A stretch of DNA of 18,578 nucleotides, taken from NCBI GenBank assembly GCA_038208905.1, contig JBBQYG010000069.1, positions 1 to 18,578 on the forward strand, in the 5' to 3' direction. This document shows positions 8,889-17,202 of the stretch, in pieces. The notes beneath the pieces are model-generated. The model saw only the letters and a program-made list of their open reading frames with translations, had not been told where the DNA came from and made no database searches. Position numbers and translations under genes: made by a program. Origin of the DNA: Candidatus Sumerlaeia bacterium (GTDB taxonomy: Bacteria; Sumerlaeota; Sumerlaeia; SLMS01). Every line of letters begins with the position of its first letter. Positions within the stretch are counted from its first letter, which is position 1.

Positions 8889-9837
8889 CGCGACCCGAGG
8901 TGGAAAGAAGGACCTCAGCACGATGCTGCTGTTCCTCCCGCTGTTGATCCTCGCGGGGTTCCTGCTCTACTTGACGATCTCGATTCCGTTCCGCATGGGG
9001 CTGACGTCGGGGACGCGCGACGCGGCATACTATGTCCCCGACAAGGACAACGAAGAAGAGGAGCCGAAGATCGTGGATCATCGCAAGCTGATCCAGCCAA
9101 CGCCGGAACTGATCGCGCTGGGCGCCAAGGTCTATGGGGCGAACTGCGCGTCGTGCCACGGCGACAAGGGCTACGGCGACGGCGCGGCGGGAAAGAATCT
9201 GGCCCGCAAGCCGCGCAACTATCACAGCAAGGACGGCTGGATCAACGGCACGTCGGTGTTGCAGATGTACAGCACGCTGGAGAAGGGCGTGGGCGTGGGC
9301 ATGGCGGCCCAGACGGCGCTGACTCCCGAGCAGAAGTACGCCGTGATTCACTTCGCGCATTCTGATTTTATGAAGGAAATCGGCTATACCGAAACGACGC
9401 AGGCGGACATCGATTCGCTCCCCGCGCCGGCGTTGGGCGGCGGCGCGGTAAAGATCGATCCCTACGCCGAGACGCGCATGCCGATCGAATTCGCGATCAG
9501 GAAGCTCGTCGAGAAAACCGCAGTCGAGGCTCCCAAGCCTGCGGCTACCCGCGGCGATGGACTCGGCAAGTCGCTCTACGAGGCGAACTGCTCGACGTGC
9601 CACGGGCCATCGGGCGAAGGCGTGCGCCCGCGCAAGCTGGGCTCGGCACTGCAATTGCAACAACTCGCGTGGGGCTCGTCGCTCCTTGGCGGAGAGGCCA
9701 AGTGGACGGAGGACTACGAGAGCTTCCAGAAGATCGTGACGGAGGGCGTGCCCAGCGGCATCAAGCCGGGCTTCCCGACGCTGACCGAGAATGAATTGAA
9801 GGCGCTGCACGAGTATACGAAGTCGCTTCGACGGTAA
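8881..9837 (+). CDS. Membrane-anchored diheme class I cytochrome c
   Basis: N-terminal TM helix and two CxxCH motifs (CASCH, CSTCH) in separate domains; 8-nt overlap with actF. Start could be ATG 8923. Confidence 0.88.
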   Translation: MLNATRGGKKDLSTMLLFLPLLILAGFLLYLTISIPFRMGLTSGTRDAAYYVPDKDNEEEEPKIVDHRKLIQPTPELIALGAKVYGANCASCHGDKGYGDGAAGKNLARKPRNYHSKDGWINGTSVLQMYSTLEKGVGVGMAAQTALTPEQKYAVIHFAHSDFMKEIGYTETTQADIDSLPAPALGGGAVKIDPYAETRMPIEFAIRKLVEKTAVEAPKPAATRGDGLGKSLYEANCSTCHGPSGEGVRPRKLGSALQLQQLAWGSSLLGGEAKWTEDYESFQKIVTEGVPSGIKPGFPTLTENELKALHEYTKSLRR

Positions 9838-9849
9838 GACGAGGAAAGA

Positions 9850-10752
9850 GTGACGGCCATGAACAAGAAGGACATCCGCGCACTGGTGGTGATCTGGATC
9901 GTGGGAACGCTGATGGCGTTCCTGACGGCGGCCCTTGTGTATGCGGCCTACCCGGGCGGCAGCCTGCCGGAAGGATCGGCCCCCACGGCCGAAACAGCGA
10001 CCACCAGCTGGATCAGCGCGCCGGCCTCCCCAGTGGCCGACAGCGTGCGCGTCAACTTCGCCTGGACGATCGCGGTGATCTTCCCGTTCCTCTACGCGCC
10101 GATCATGACCTTGATCTATTGCATCTTCCGATTCAGCCGGGAAAAGAACCCCAACGCCGACCAATTTCACGAGCACGTGCCCCTCGAGGTCGCATGGACG
10201 ATCCTTCCCGCGCTCATTCTGGTGGCGATGGCGGTGCCCGCCTACCAGGTTCTCGTCCTGATGGAGAAGCGGCCGACAAATCCCGACGTGGTGCTGGACA
10301 TCACCGGGCATCAGTTCTTCTGGAGCTACAATTTCCCCAAGTACGACGTCTCGGTCACCGACGACGGCACGGGGAGGAGCCCGGTGCTGCTTCCCGTGGA
10401 CAAGGACGTGCTGCTCAAGGGGACCGCTTCCCAGGTTAACCATGCGTGGTTTGTGCCGGCGTTCGGCGTGAAGTTCGACGTGTTGCCGGGCCGCACGACA
10501 ACGTCGTGGGTTCGCCCGAATTCCCAAGGCCTTTTCAAGGGCCAGTGCGCGGAGCTTTGCGGCGCGCTGCACGCCTACATGTGGATTCACGTGAAGGTAG
10601 TGCCGGAGAAGGAATTCTATGCGTGGCTGAAGGAGAAGGGCGCCACCTTTCCCCCGGACGAAGCGGCGCGAATTTCGCAACTGCTGGGCGAAGAGGTCGA
10701 GGTGACCGCCGCTCCGGCACCGGGCGACACACTCGCCCTCGCCGCGAAATGA
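9850..10752 (+). CDS. coxB: Cytochrome c oxidase subunit II (CuA; no fused cytochrome c)
   Basis: LEVAWTILP, GHQFFWSYNF, VNHAW and CAELCGALHAYM (CuA ligands); no CxxCH. Start GTG 9850 or ATG 9859. Confidence 0.95.
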   Translation: MTAMNKKDIRALVVIWIVGTLMAFLTAALVYAAYPGGSLPEGSAPTAETATTSWISAPASPVADSVRVNFAWTIAVIFPFLYAPIMTLIYCIFRFSREKNPNADQFHEHVPLEVAWTILPALILVAMAVPAYQVLVLMEKRPTNPDVVLDITGHQFFWSYNFPKYDVSVTDDGTGRSPVLLPVDKDVLLKGTASQVNHAWFVPAFGVKFDVLPGRTTTSWVRPNSQGLFKGQCAELCGALHAYMWIHVKVVPEKEFYAWLKEKGATFPPDEAARISQLLGEEVEVTAAPAPGDTLALAAK

Positions 10753-10814
10753 ACTTCCTCCCGCTTTCTGGTCTTCCCCAATTTATCACCCTTTCCCCCG
10801 CTGGAGTTTAGCCG

Positions 10815-12485
10815 ATGAGTATCGCACCGCCGGAAAAACAATCAAAGGCCGCCGCCGTGGAGGTTCCCCTCTACGTTCCGGTGGAGGACGCGCCCCACGC
10901 GCCGACCCCGTCCCACAAGGGGATCATGCGCTGGTTGACGACGGTCGATCACAAGCTGATCGGCGTAATGTACCTGTGGTTCGCGGCGTTTTCCGCGGTC
11001 GCGGGCGGTGCGCTGGCGGGCGGCATTCGCGCGCAGCTTACCTTCCCCGAGGGCATTACGATCAGTGGCACGGTGTACCGCGTGATGTCGCCGGAGCTTT
11101 ACAACCAGTTCATCGGCATGCACGCCTCCTTCATGATTTTCTTTGCGATCATCCCGGCGTTCGCGGGCTTCGGCAATTACCTGGTGCCGATCATGATCGG
11201 CGCGCGCGATATGGCATTCCCCAAGATGAACGCCTTCGCCTTCTGGATTCTGATTCCCGCGGCAATCATGATGATGCTGAGTTTCCTGTGGGGCTCCACC
11301 GGCGCCGGGTGGACGGGTTATCCGCCGCTGTCGTCGCGCGCGTATTCGCCGCTGGCGGGCGTGGACATGTGGATCTTCGGCGTTCACCTGGCGGGCATCA
11401 GCTCGATCATGGGCGCGCTGAACTTCATCGTCACGATTTCCAACATGCGCGCGCCGGGGATGAAGTGGTTCAAGATGCCGCTCTTCTGCTGGGCATCGCT
11501 GGTCACTTCGTGGCTTCAGCTTGTGGCGACACCGGTGCTTGCGGGCGTGATGACGATGCTTCTGACGGACCGCATGATGGACACGGGTTTCTTCAATCCG
11601 GCCAAGGGCGGCGATCCGCTGCTCTACCAGCACATCTTCTGGTTCTACAGCCACCCCGCGGTTTACATCATGATCCTGCCGGGATTCGGGATGGTTTCCC
11701 AGATCATGGCGGCGTTCGCAGGCAAGCCGCTCTTCGGATACAAGGGCATGGTCTACGCCACGGCGTTCATCGGGATCATCGGCTTCCTGGTATGGGGCCA
11801 CCACATGTTCACGGCGGGGATGGAGCCGTGGCTGCGCGCCTACTTCAGCTTTATGACGATGGTGATCGCGGTGCCCACGGGCGTGAAGATCTTTAGCTGG
11901 CTGGCGACGCTCTGGGGCGGGTCGATCCGCTTCACGGTGGCGATGATGTATGCGCTCGGGTTCCTTGGGCTGTTCACGATCGGCGGAATCTCCGGCGTGT
12001 TCCTGGCCAACGTGCCGTTCGACGTGCAGGTGCACGATACCTACTTCGTGGTGGCGCACATCCACTACGTGCTGTTCGGCGGCTCGATCATGACGATCCT
12101 GGGGGGGCTGTATTTCTGGTTCCCCAAGATGTCGGGCCGGTATCTGGACGAGAAGCTGGGCAAGGTGATCTTCTGGCTGATCTTCACGGGCATGAACATC
12201 ACGTTCATGCCGATGCACTGGCTGGGGATCGCCGGCATGGCGCGGCGCATCTATACATACCGCGAGGAGTTCCACTCGCTGAACCAGCTCATCAGCTTCG
12301 GCTACCTGTTCATGCTGGCGGGCGGCATCCTGCTCTTCGGCAACCTGTTCTACACGCTGATCGCCAAGAAGCGCACGGCACCCAATGATCCGTGGGGCAC
12401 CAACGACGTGCAGAAGACGTTCGAGTTCATGACGACGTCGCCGCCGCCGCCCCACAACTTCGACCGCGTCCCGAAGGTCGCCTGA
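10815..12485 (+). CDS. coxA: Cytochrome c oxidase subunit I, family A2
   Basis: [16 protein letters not shown] (D-channel Asp), WFYSHPAVY (A2 signature), WGHHMF, PTGVK (K-channel Lys), [24 protein letters not shown] at 10803-10806. Confidence 0.97.
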   Translation: MSIAPPEKQSKAAAVEVPLYVPVEDAPHAPTPSHKGIMRWLTTVDHKLIGVMYLWFAAFSAVAGGALAGGIRAQLTFPEGITISGTVYRVMSPELYNQFIGMHASFMIFFAIIPAFAGFGNYLVPIMIGARDMAFPKMNAFAFWILIPAAIMMMLSFLWGSTGAGWTGYPPLSSRAYSPLAGVDMWIFGVHLAGISSIMGALNFIVTISNMRAPGMKWFKMPLFCWASLVTSWLQLVATPVLAGVMTMLLTDRMMDTGFFNPAKGGDPLLYQHIFWFYSHPAVYIMILPGFGMVSQIMAAFAGKPLFGYKGMVYATAFIGIIGFLVWGHHMFTAGMEPWLRAYFSFMTMVIAVPTGVKIFSWLATLWGGSIRFTVAMMYALGFLGLFTIGGISGVFLANVPFDVQVHDTYFVVAHIHYVLFGGSIMTILGGLYFWFPKMSGRYLDEKLGKVIFWLIFTGMNITFMPMHWLGIAGMARRIYTYREEFHSLNQLISFGYLFMLAGGILLFGNLFYTLIAKKRTAPNDPWGTNDVQKTFEFMTTSPPPPHNFDRVPKVA

Positions 12486-13627
12486 TGACGCAGGAAGTCG
12501 TGACGACGATGACAAAATCCGCCCGCCGAGCCTCCGGCCTTCTCGTAGCACTGATCGCGCTCTGCTTCTGCATGGTGACGCTTGGCGGCTATGTGCGGCT
12601 GAGCGGATCGGGTCTCTCGATTCCCGAGTGGCCGCTGTTCACGGTGGCCGACAGGTCCACCGCCACGGGGGAAGCGGTGCGCGTGCGCAGCGTGCTTGCG
12701 CCGATGAACGAAGCCGGGTGGGAGAAGTTGCTGGCGACCCTTCAGGAGACCCTTCCGCAGTACGAGGGCATGGCGATGGTCGAATTCAAGCGCATGTTCT
12801 GGATCGAGTGGTCCCACCGCGGGCTGGCGTCGATCATCGGGCTTGTCTATGTCACGTTCCTGATCGTGGTGCTGGGGAGCGCCGAGCTGCGCGGGCGCAT
12901 CGGCAAGCACGCGGTCTCGGGCTTGTTCCTGCTGCTGGGCCAGGCGGTGATCGGCGGGCTGGTGGTGCTGTTGCATCTGCTGGCGGTGAAGGTCGCGCTG
13001 CACTTGGTCGTGGCGTTCTTCTTCACCTCCCTGCTGGCGTGGATGCTTTTGAGGCTCCGGCGGGAGGCCGATCCGGCGGCGAAGTTCTGGAACCCGGTGT
13101 CGCGGTGGGCGGCGGCGGTGTTTGCCTTGGCCACGACACAGATTTTTTCCGGCGGCCTGATGGCGGCGAGTCACGCGGGATACCAGATCAACACATGGCC
13201 CAAGATGCACGACGCGTGGGTTCCCCGGGGGATGCGCGTGGCGGGGGAGTCGCTCTACCATAGCTTTACCGAGAACATCGTCATGATCCAGTTCTTCCAC
13301 CGGTGGTTCGCGGTCGCGCTGGTGGTGGCCGTGCTGCTGCTGATCTTCCGCTGCATGACGGTGGAGGTGAGCCGCGTGGCGCGCATGACACTGCGCGCGT
13401 TGTTTGCGATCGTTATCCTGCAGGTGGCCCTGGGCGTGCTGACGCTGCTGACGGGCGTTCACACGCATCTGGCGCTGGCGCACCAGGCGCTGGGTCTCGT
13501 CCTGCTGCTGTCGTTGCTGATTGTCTTCTATGAGACCGCGTGCCACCGGGTAACGACGGAGTCCGCGCTGGCGAAACGCCTCGAGTCCATTGGCCTGGTG
13601 ACTGCCAAGGAGGCTTCCCATGCCTGA
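12485..13627 (+). CDS. ctaA: Heme A synthase, Cox15/type-2 form
   Basis: GGYVRLSGSGLSIPEWP, EWSHR, FFHRW and HQ motifs; lacks the Cys pair of type-1 CtaA; TGATG overlap with the coxA stop fixes the start at 12485. Confidence 0.92.
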   Translation: MTQEVVTTMTKSARRASGLLVALIALCFCMVTLGGYVRLSGSGLSIPEWPLFTVADRSTATGEAVRVRSVLAPMNEAGWEKLLATLQETLPQYEGMAMVEFKRMFWIEWSHRGLASIIGLVYVTFLIVVLGSAELRGRIGKHAVSGLFLLLGQAVIGGLVVLLHLLAVKVALHLVVAFFFTSLLAWMLLRLRREADPAAKFWNPVSRWAAAVFALATTQIFSGGLMAASHAGYQINTWPKMHDAWVPRGMRVAGESLYHSFTENIVMIQFFHRWFAVALVVAVLLLIFRCMTVEVSRVARMTLRALFAIVILQVALGVLTLLTGVHTHLALAHQALGLVLLLSLLIVFYETACHRVTTESALAKRLESIGLVTAKEASHA

Positions 13628-14555
13628 CGCCGTCGCGCCAATCGGCGCACAGGATATCGCGGAGCAGCCGCCGGTGTTTCGCGGTGGATTGGTGAAGGCC
13701 TACCTCTCCCTGACGAAGCCGACCATCTGCCTGCTGGTATTGATCACCGGCGCGGCGGGACTCGTGTGGGAGGGCAGCCTGACGGGCTCGCTCCCGGGCT
13801 TCCTGCTGGTCATGCTGGGCCTGTTCCTCACGGCGGGCTCCGCGAACGCGCTCAACCAGTACCTGGAGCGGGACCGCGACGCGCTGATGAAGCGCACGGC
13901 AAAGCGGCGCGCACTCCCCACGGGACGCATCAAGCCGACCCACGCGCTGGTTTTCGCGGTCGCCATCGGCGTGATCGGCACGGCGATCTTCGCGGTGTTC
14001 TTCAACCTGTTCAGCGCGGCGCTCGCGCTGGGGACGATCCTGTTCTATGCCTTCTTCTATACCCTGTACCTGAAGCCGCGCACGCCGCAGAACATCGTGA
14101 TCGGCGGCGCCGCCGGCGCGATGGGCCCGGTGATCGCGTGGGCCGCGGCAACGGATATACAGGGCACGACGTGGGCGCCGTGGATCATGTTTGCGATCAT
14201 CTTCCTGTGGACGCCGCCCCACTTCTGGGCCCTGGCGCTGTGCCTGCGGGAGGACTACAAGTCCAACCCGCTGCCGATGATGCCCAACGTTGCGGGCGAG
14301 GAAAGCACGCTGCGCCAGATGGTCGTCTATTCGGCGGCGCTCGTCGCGGTCAGCCTCGCGCTCTTCTGGACCCACGCGGGAATGATCTACCTGGTGGCGG
14401 CGACGATGCTGGGCGGGATCTTCCTGTGGAAGAACGTGCTGTCGCTCCGGCAGAAGACGACGAAGCAGTACTGGGGCCTCTTTGGCTACTCGATCGTCTA
14501 TCTCTTCGCGCTGTTCATCGCGATGATGGTGGATTCGGTATGGTACGGCAGGTAA
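13620..14555 (+). CDS. ctaB: Heme O synthase (protoheme IX farnesyltransferase)
   Basis: LTKP, NQYLERDRDALMKRT, YTLYLKPRTPQNIVIGGAAGA, WTPPHFWAL and EDY motifs. Confidence 0.96.
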   Translation: MPDAVAPIGAQDIAEQPPVFRGGLVKAYLSLTKPTICLLVLITGAAGLVWEGSLTGSLPGFLLVMLGLFLTAGSANALNQYLERDRDALMKRTAKRRALPTGRIKPTHALVFAVAIGVIGTAIFAVFFNLFSAALALGTILFYAFFYTLYLKPRTPQNIVIGGAAGAMGPVIAWAAATDIQGTTWAPWIMFAIIFLWTPPHFWALALCLREDYKSNPLPMMPNVAGEESTLRQMVVYSAALVAVSLALFWTHAGMIYLVAATMLGGIFLWKNVLSLRQKTTKQYWGLFGYSIVYLFALFIAMMVDSVWYGR

Positions 14556-14613
14556 AGGCAGGGATGGTCGCATGTGCATCCTGCCCATGCCCGTGAAGCG
14601 AAAGGTGATGGCA

Positions 14614-15234
14614 ATGGAATTGGCAAAGCAGTCCACAAACGAATCAGTCCCCGGTGGCCATCCTGGCCGGAGCAACGGGATGTGGCTGGCGCTGTTGTCG
14701 GTGATCGTGGCGGGAATGTTTGGCTTCGCGTATGCCAACGCCGAATTCTTCACGCTGATCTGCCAGAAGATCGGCCTCTATGGCGCCACGGCGAATCAGT
14801 TGAAGACCGATCCCGCCCCGGACGGGCGCGTGGAGGGCCATCCGGTCGACGTCTATTTCACGGCGACGGTGGCCGATGGGCTGCCGCTCGCTTTCTCCGT
14901 GAAGGAACGCTTTCAGAAGACACGGCTCAACGCTCGCACGCTGAACGAGTATCGCTTCACAAACCTCGCCGACCGGACGATCTACTTCCGCCCGGTGCAC
15001 GATGTGCAGCCGACGCGGGCCAACAACGTCGACACGCTGGAGCTGACGAAGTGCTTCTGCTTCGACCTCCAGAAGATCGACGCCGGGCAGTCCTACATGC
15101 TGCCGGTGGAGTACACCTTCACCGACGTGCTGGATGGGACGCGGGTGCTGACGATGAACTACACGCTGTTTCCGAGCACGAAGGCCGACTACGAGAAGTC
15201 GCTCGCCGACGCGGAGCAGGGGGCGGCCAAGTGA
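14614..15234 (+). CDS. ctaG: Cox11-family CuB chaperone for cytochrome c oxidase assembly
   Basis: Single N-terminal TM helix followed by a Cys (LICQKIG), the copper-binding KCFCF motif and terminal YTLF; start ATG 14614 after AAGGTG (14608 and 14572 are alternatives). Confidence 0.88.
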   Translation: MELAKQSTNESVPGGHPGRSNGMWLALLSVIVAGMFGFAYANAEFFTLICQKIGLYGATANQLKTDPAPDGRVEGHPVDVYFTATVADGLPLAFSVKERFQKTRLNARTLNEYRFTNLADRTIYFRPVHDVQPTRANNVDTLELTKCFCFDLQKIDAGQSYMLPVEYTFTDVLDGTRVLTMNYTLFPSTKADYEKSLADAEQGAAK

Positions 15235-15440
15235 TGGGAGCCCGCCTTGAGGAATCGACATTCTCGGAGTTGTCCGAAGAGGAGGAGCGCGCCTTGCTGG
15301 CGCGCCAGCGGGTGTGGAACATCCGGCTTGGCTTGATCCTCGGCGCGGTGGTGGTGCTGATCCTTGTGATGTCGTTCTTGCTGATGGTGCGCAGTGGATT
15401 CGTTCCGTTTCAAAATCAGGATGTATTCAGGAGTGCGTAA
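15234..15440 (+). CDS. Small single-TM protein (68 aa), CoxF-like putative oxidase assembly or accessory protein
   Basis: MGARLEESTFSELSEEEERALLARQRVWNIRLGLILGAVVVLILVMSFLLMVRSG...; overlaps the ctaG stop (TGATG) and the coxC start (TAATG), exactly filling the gap. Confidence 0.8.
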   Translation: MGARLEESTFSELSEEEERALLARQRVWNIRLGLILGAVVVLILVMSFLLMVRSGFVPFQNQDVFRSA

Positions 15441-16291
15441 TGTCTGCCCCCGATCACGAAGAACACATTCACATGCCGTCGCCCAGCATCTGGCCATTCA
15501 TCGTGGTGGCCGGGATCGGGATGCTGCCCCTTGGCGGGGTGTTGCTTGCCAACCCCGCGATGCTGGGCGAGGTGAAGGCCCTGGCCTCGATCAGCGCGGC
15601 GACCCAGCGCGTGCTGGCGATGGCGCTTTTGGGGGGCGGCACGCTGCTGATCCTCTTCGCGGGGATGGGCTGGATCACGTCGGTGATTCGCGAGAAATAC
15701 GACATGGACATCGCGTGGGGAAACCGCGTGCTCTCCATGGGGTGGAAACTCTTCCTCGTGTCGGAGGCCGCGATCTTCGGCTCGTTCTTCGCCCACTACT
15801 TCTACACGCTCTATCACATCAAGCCCGGCGGATGGCCACCCGCGGGCACGCCGCATCTGAACCTGATGATCCCGATGATGGGCACGCTTATCCTGGTGAC
15901 GAGTTCCTTCACCTGCGAGTTCGGGCACAAGGCGCTGCTGGCGGGAAAGCGCGGCCTGTGCAAGAGCTGGCTGATGGTCACCCTGATCCTGGGCTTCGTG
16001 TTCATGACGCTGCAGAGCTGGGAGTGGGGCCACCTGATCGCGAAGTATGGCTTCACGCCGACCACGAATATCTTCGGCACGCATTTCTACCTGATCACCG
16101 GATTCCACGGTGCCCACGTGATCACGGGCCTGCTGCTGCTGGCGCTTGTCTATGCGCGGCTGGAGATGGGGAGCTTCGACCGCACGCGCCACTTCTCGCT
16201 GAACGCGGCCTCGTGGTACTGGCACTTCGTTGACGTGATCTGGGTCTTCGTGTTCCTGCTGGTGTACGTCGTCACCAACTCGGGTCTATGA
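15440..16291 (+). CDS. coxC: Cytochrome c oxidase subunit III, full-length 7-helix form
   Basis: PSPSIWP, WITSVIRE, FLVSE, FYLITGFHGAHV and WYWHFVDVIW motifs; RBS CAGGAG before ATG 15440. Confidence 0.95.
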   Translation: MSAPDHEEHIHMPSPSIWPFIVVAGIGMLPLGGVLLANPAMLGEVKALASISAATQRVLAMALLGGGTLLILFAGMGWITSVIREKYDMDIAWGNRVLSMGWKLFLVSEAAIFGSFFAHYFYTLYHIKPGGWPPAGTPHLNLMIPMMGTLILVTSSFTCEFGHKALLAGKRGLCKSWLMVTLILGFVFMTLQSWEWGHLIAKYGFTPTTNIFGTHFYLITGFHGAHVITGLLLLALVYARLEMGSFDRTRHFSLNAASWYWHFVDVIWVFVFLLVYVVTNSGL

Positions 16292-16297
16292 CCGGGG

Positions 16298-17029
16298 ATG
16301 GCCGCCACGCCCTCGCGCAAGGCCGGCGCTGAACCCCCGGGGCTACCCGCGGAGTGCCCCAAGTGCGCGGGCTATGGATATGTTATCGGCGCCGACGATG
16401 TGGCGCGCCCCTGCGACTGCGATGTGCTGCTCCGGCGCGGCGCCAGCGGGCGTATAGACATCGCCGGAATCCCCGAGCGCTTTCGAGAGAAATCCCTCTC
16501 CAGCTACAAGGCCGCCAAGGGCGACCGCCAGCGCGCCGCCATCGTGGACGCGGCGCGGTCCTACGCCACCACCTTTGGCGCGGGCGAGGAGCGCGGCCTG
16601 ATCCTGCGCGGGATGCCGGGATGCGGGAAAACCCACATCGCCGTGGCGATCCTGCGCGAGGTGGTGGCCCGCGGCTTTCACGGGCACTTCGCGAATTTCA
16701 ACGACCTGCTTTCGCGCTTCCGCGAGGCATACGGCGACAACGCCTCGACGACGGAGGCGGAACTGCTTTCCCCGCTGGAGGAAGCCGACCTCCTCGTCCT
16801 CGACGACGTTGGCGCCGAATCGATGAAGGACTGGGGCCGCGCGCAACTCTACCTCATCGTCAACCGGCGCTATGAACGCGCCCGCGCCACGATCATCACC
16901 ACCAACTACAACGAGGACGAATTCGAACGCCACGTCGGCCTGCGCACGTCGAGCCGCCTCTACGAAATGTGCTCCATGGATTTCCCGCCATTTCCCGATC
17001 AGGATTGGCGGAAGGCGAATTTGCGGTAG
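16298..17029 (+). CDS. DnaC/IstB-family AAA+ ATPase with N-terminal Cys4 (zinc-binding-like) motif
   Basis: CPKC...CDC, GIPERF, Walker A GMPGCGKT, Walker B LLVLDD, IITTN, RTSSRLYEM. Confidence 0.88.
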   Translation: MAATPSRKAGAEPPGLPAECPKCAGYGYVIGADDVARPCDCDVLLRRGASGRIDIAGIPERFREKSLSSYKAAKGDRQRAAIVDAARSYATTFGAGEERGLILRGMPGCGKTHIAVAILREVVARGFHGHFANFNDLLSRFREAYGDNASTTEAELLSPLEEADLLVLDDVGAESMKDWGRAQLYLIVNRRYERARATIITTNYNEDEFERHVGLRTSSRLYEMCSMDFPPFPDQDWRKANLR

Positions 17030-17058
17030 GGGTGGGAACAACGGGAAAGGCGGGGGCA

Positions 17059-17131
17059 CCACGGAGTGCCCGGAGGGCACAGAGGAAAAACCGCCAGGTG
17101 CCGCTCTCGCTTCCCTCCGTGTTCTCCGCGG
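17059..17131. repeat. Imperfect inverted repeat built from 9-bp CACGGAGNN-like units
   Basis: 17059-17077 ccacggagtgcccggaggg versus the reverse complement of 17113-17131, ccgcggagaacacggaggg: 15/19 identical. Confidence 0.6.
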
Positions 17132-17202
17132 CGACCATCCATTCTCGCTCACGGAATTGCATGTCTTGCCGCTGGTTCTGTGATTGATTTCCGCGCGGTG
17201 GC

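Noticed and set aside
9850-12485. caa3, cbb3 or quinol (bo3) oxidase call
   Set aside because: Subunit II has an intact CuA motif and no CxxCH; subunit I has A-family D- and K-channel residues; heme A synthase is adjacent.
993-12551. Long minus-strand ORFs (993-2921, 3093-4955, 4612-6315, 8767-10680, 10842-12551)
   Set aside because: Antisense shadows of well-supported + strand genes, expected from high-GC codon bias; no recognisable motifs.
1391-14596. Long alternative-frame + strand ORFs rich in Arg/Gly/Ala/Pro (e.g. 1391-2995, 10976-11896, 13766-14596)
   Set aside because: Fully overlap genes with clear family motifs; composition is typical of off-frame translation of GC-rich DNA.
16298-17131. 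IS21 element or prophage call based on the IstB/DnaC-like ATPase
   Set aside because: No IstA transposase, terminal inverted repeats, integrase or phage genes; the N-terminal Cys4 motif fits loader-like proteins better.
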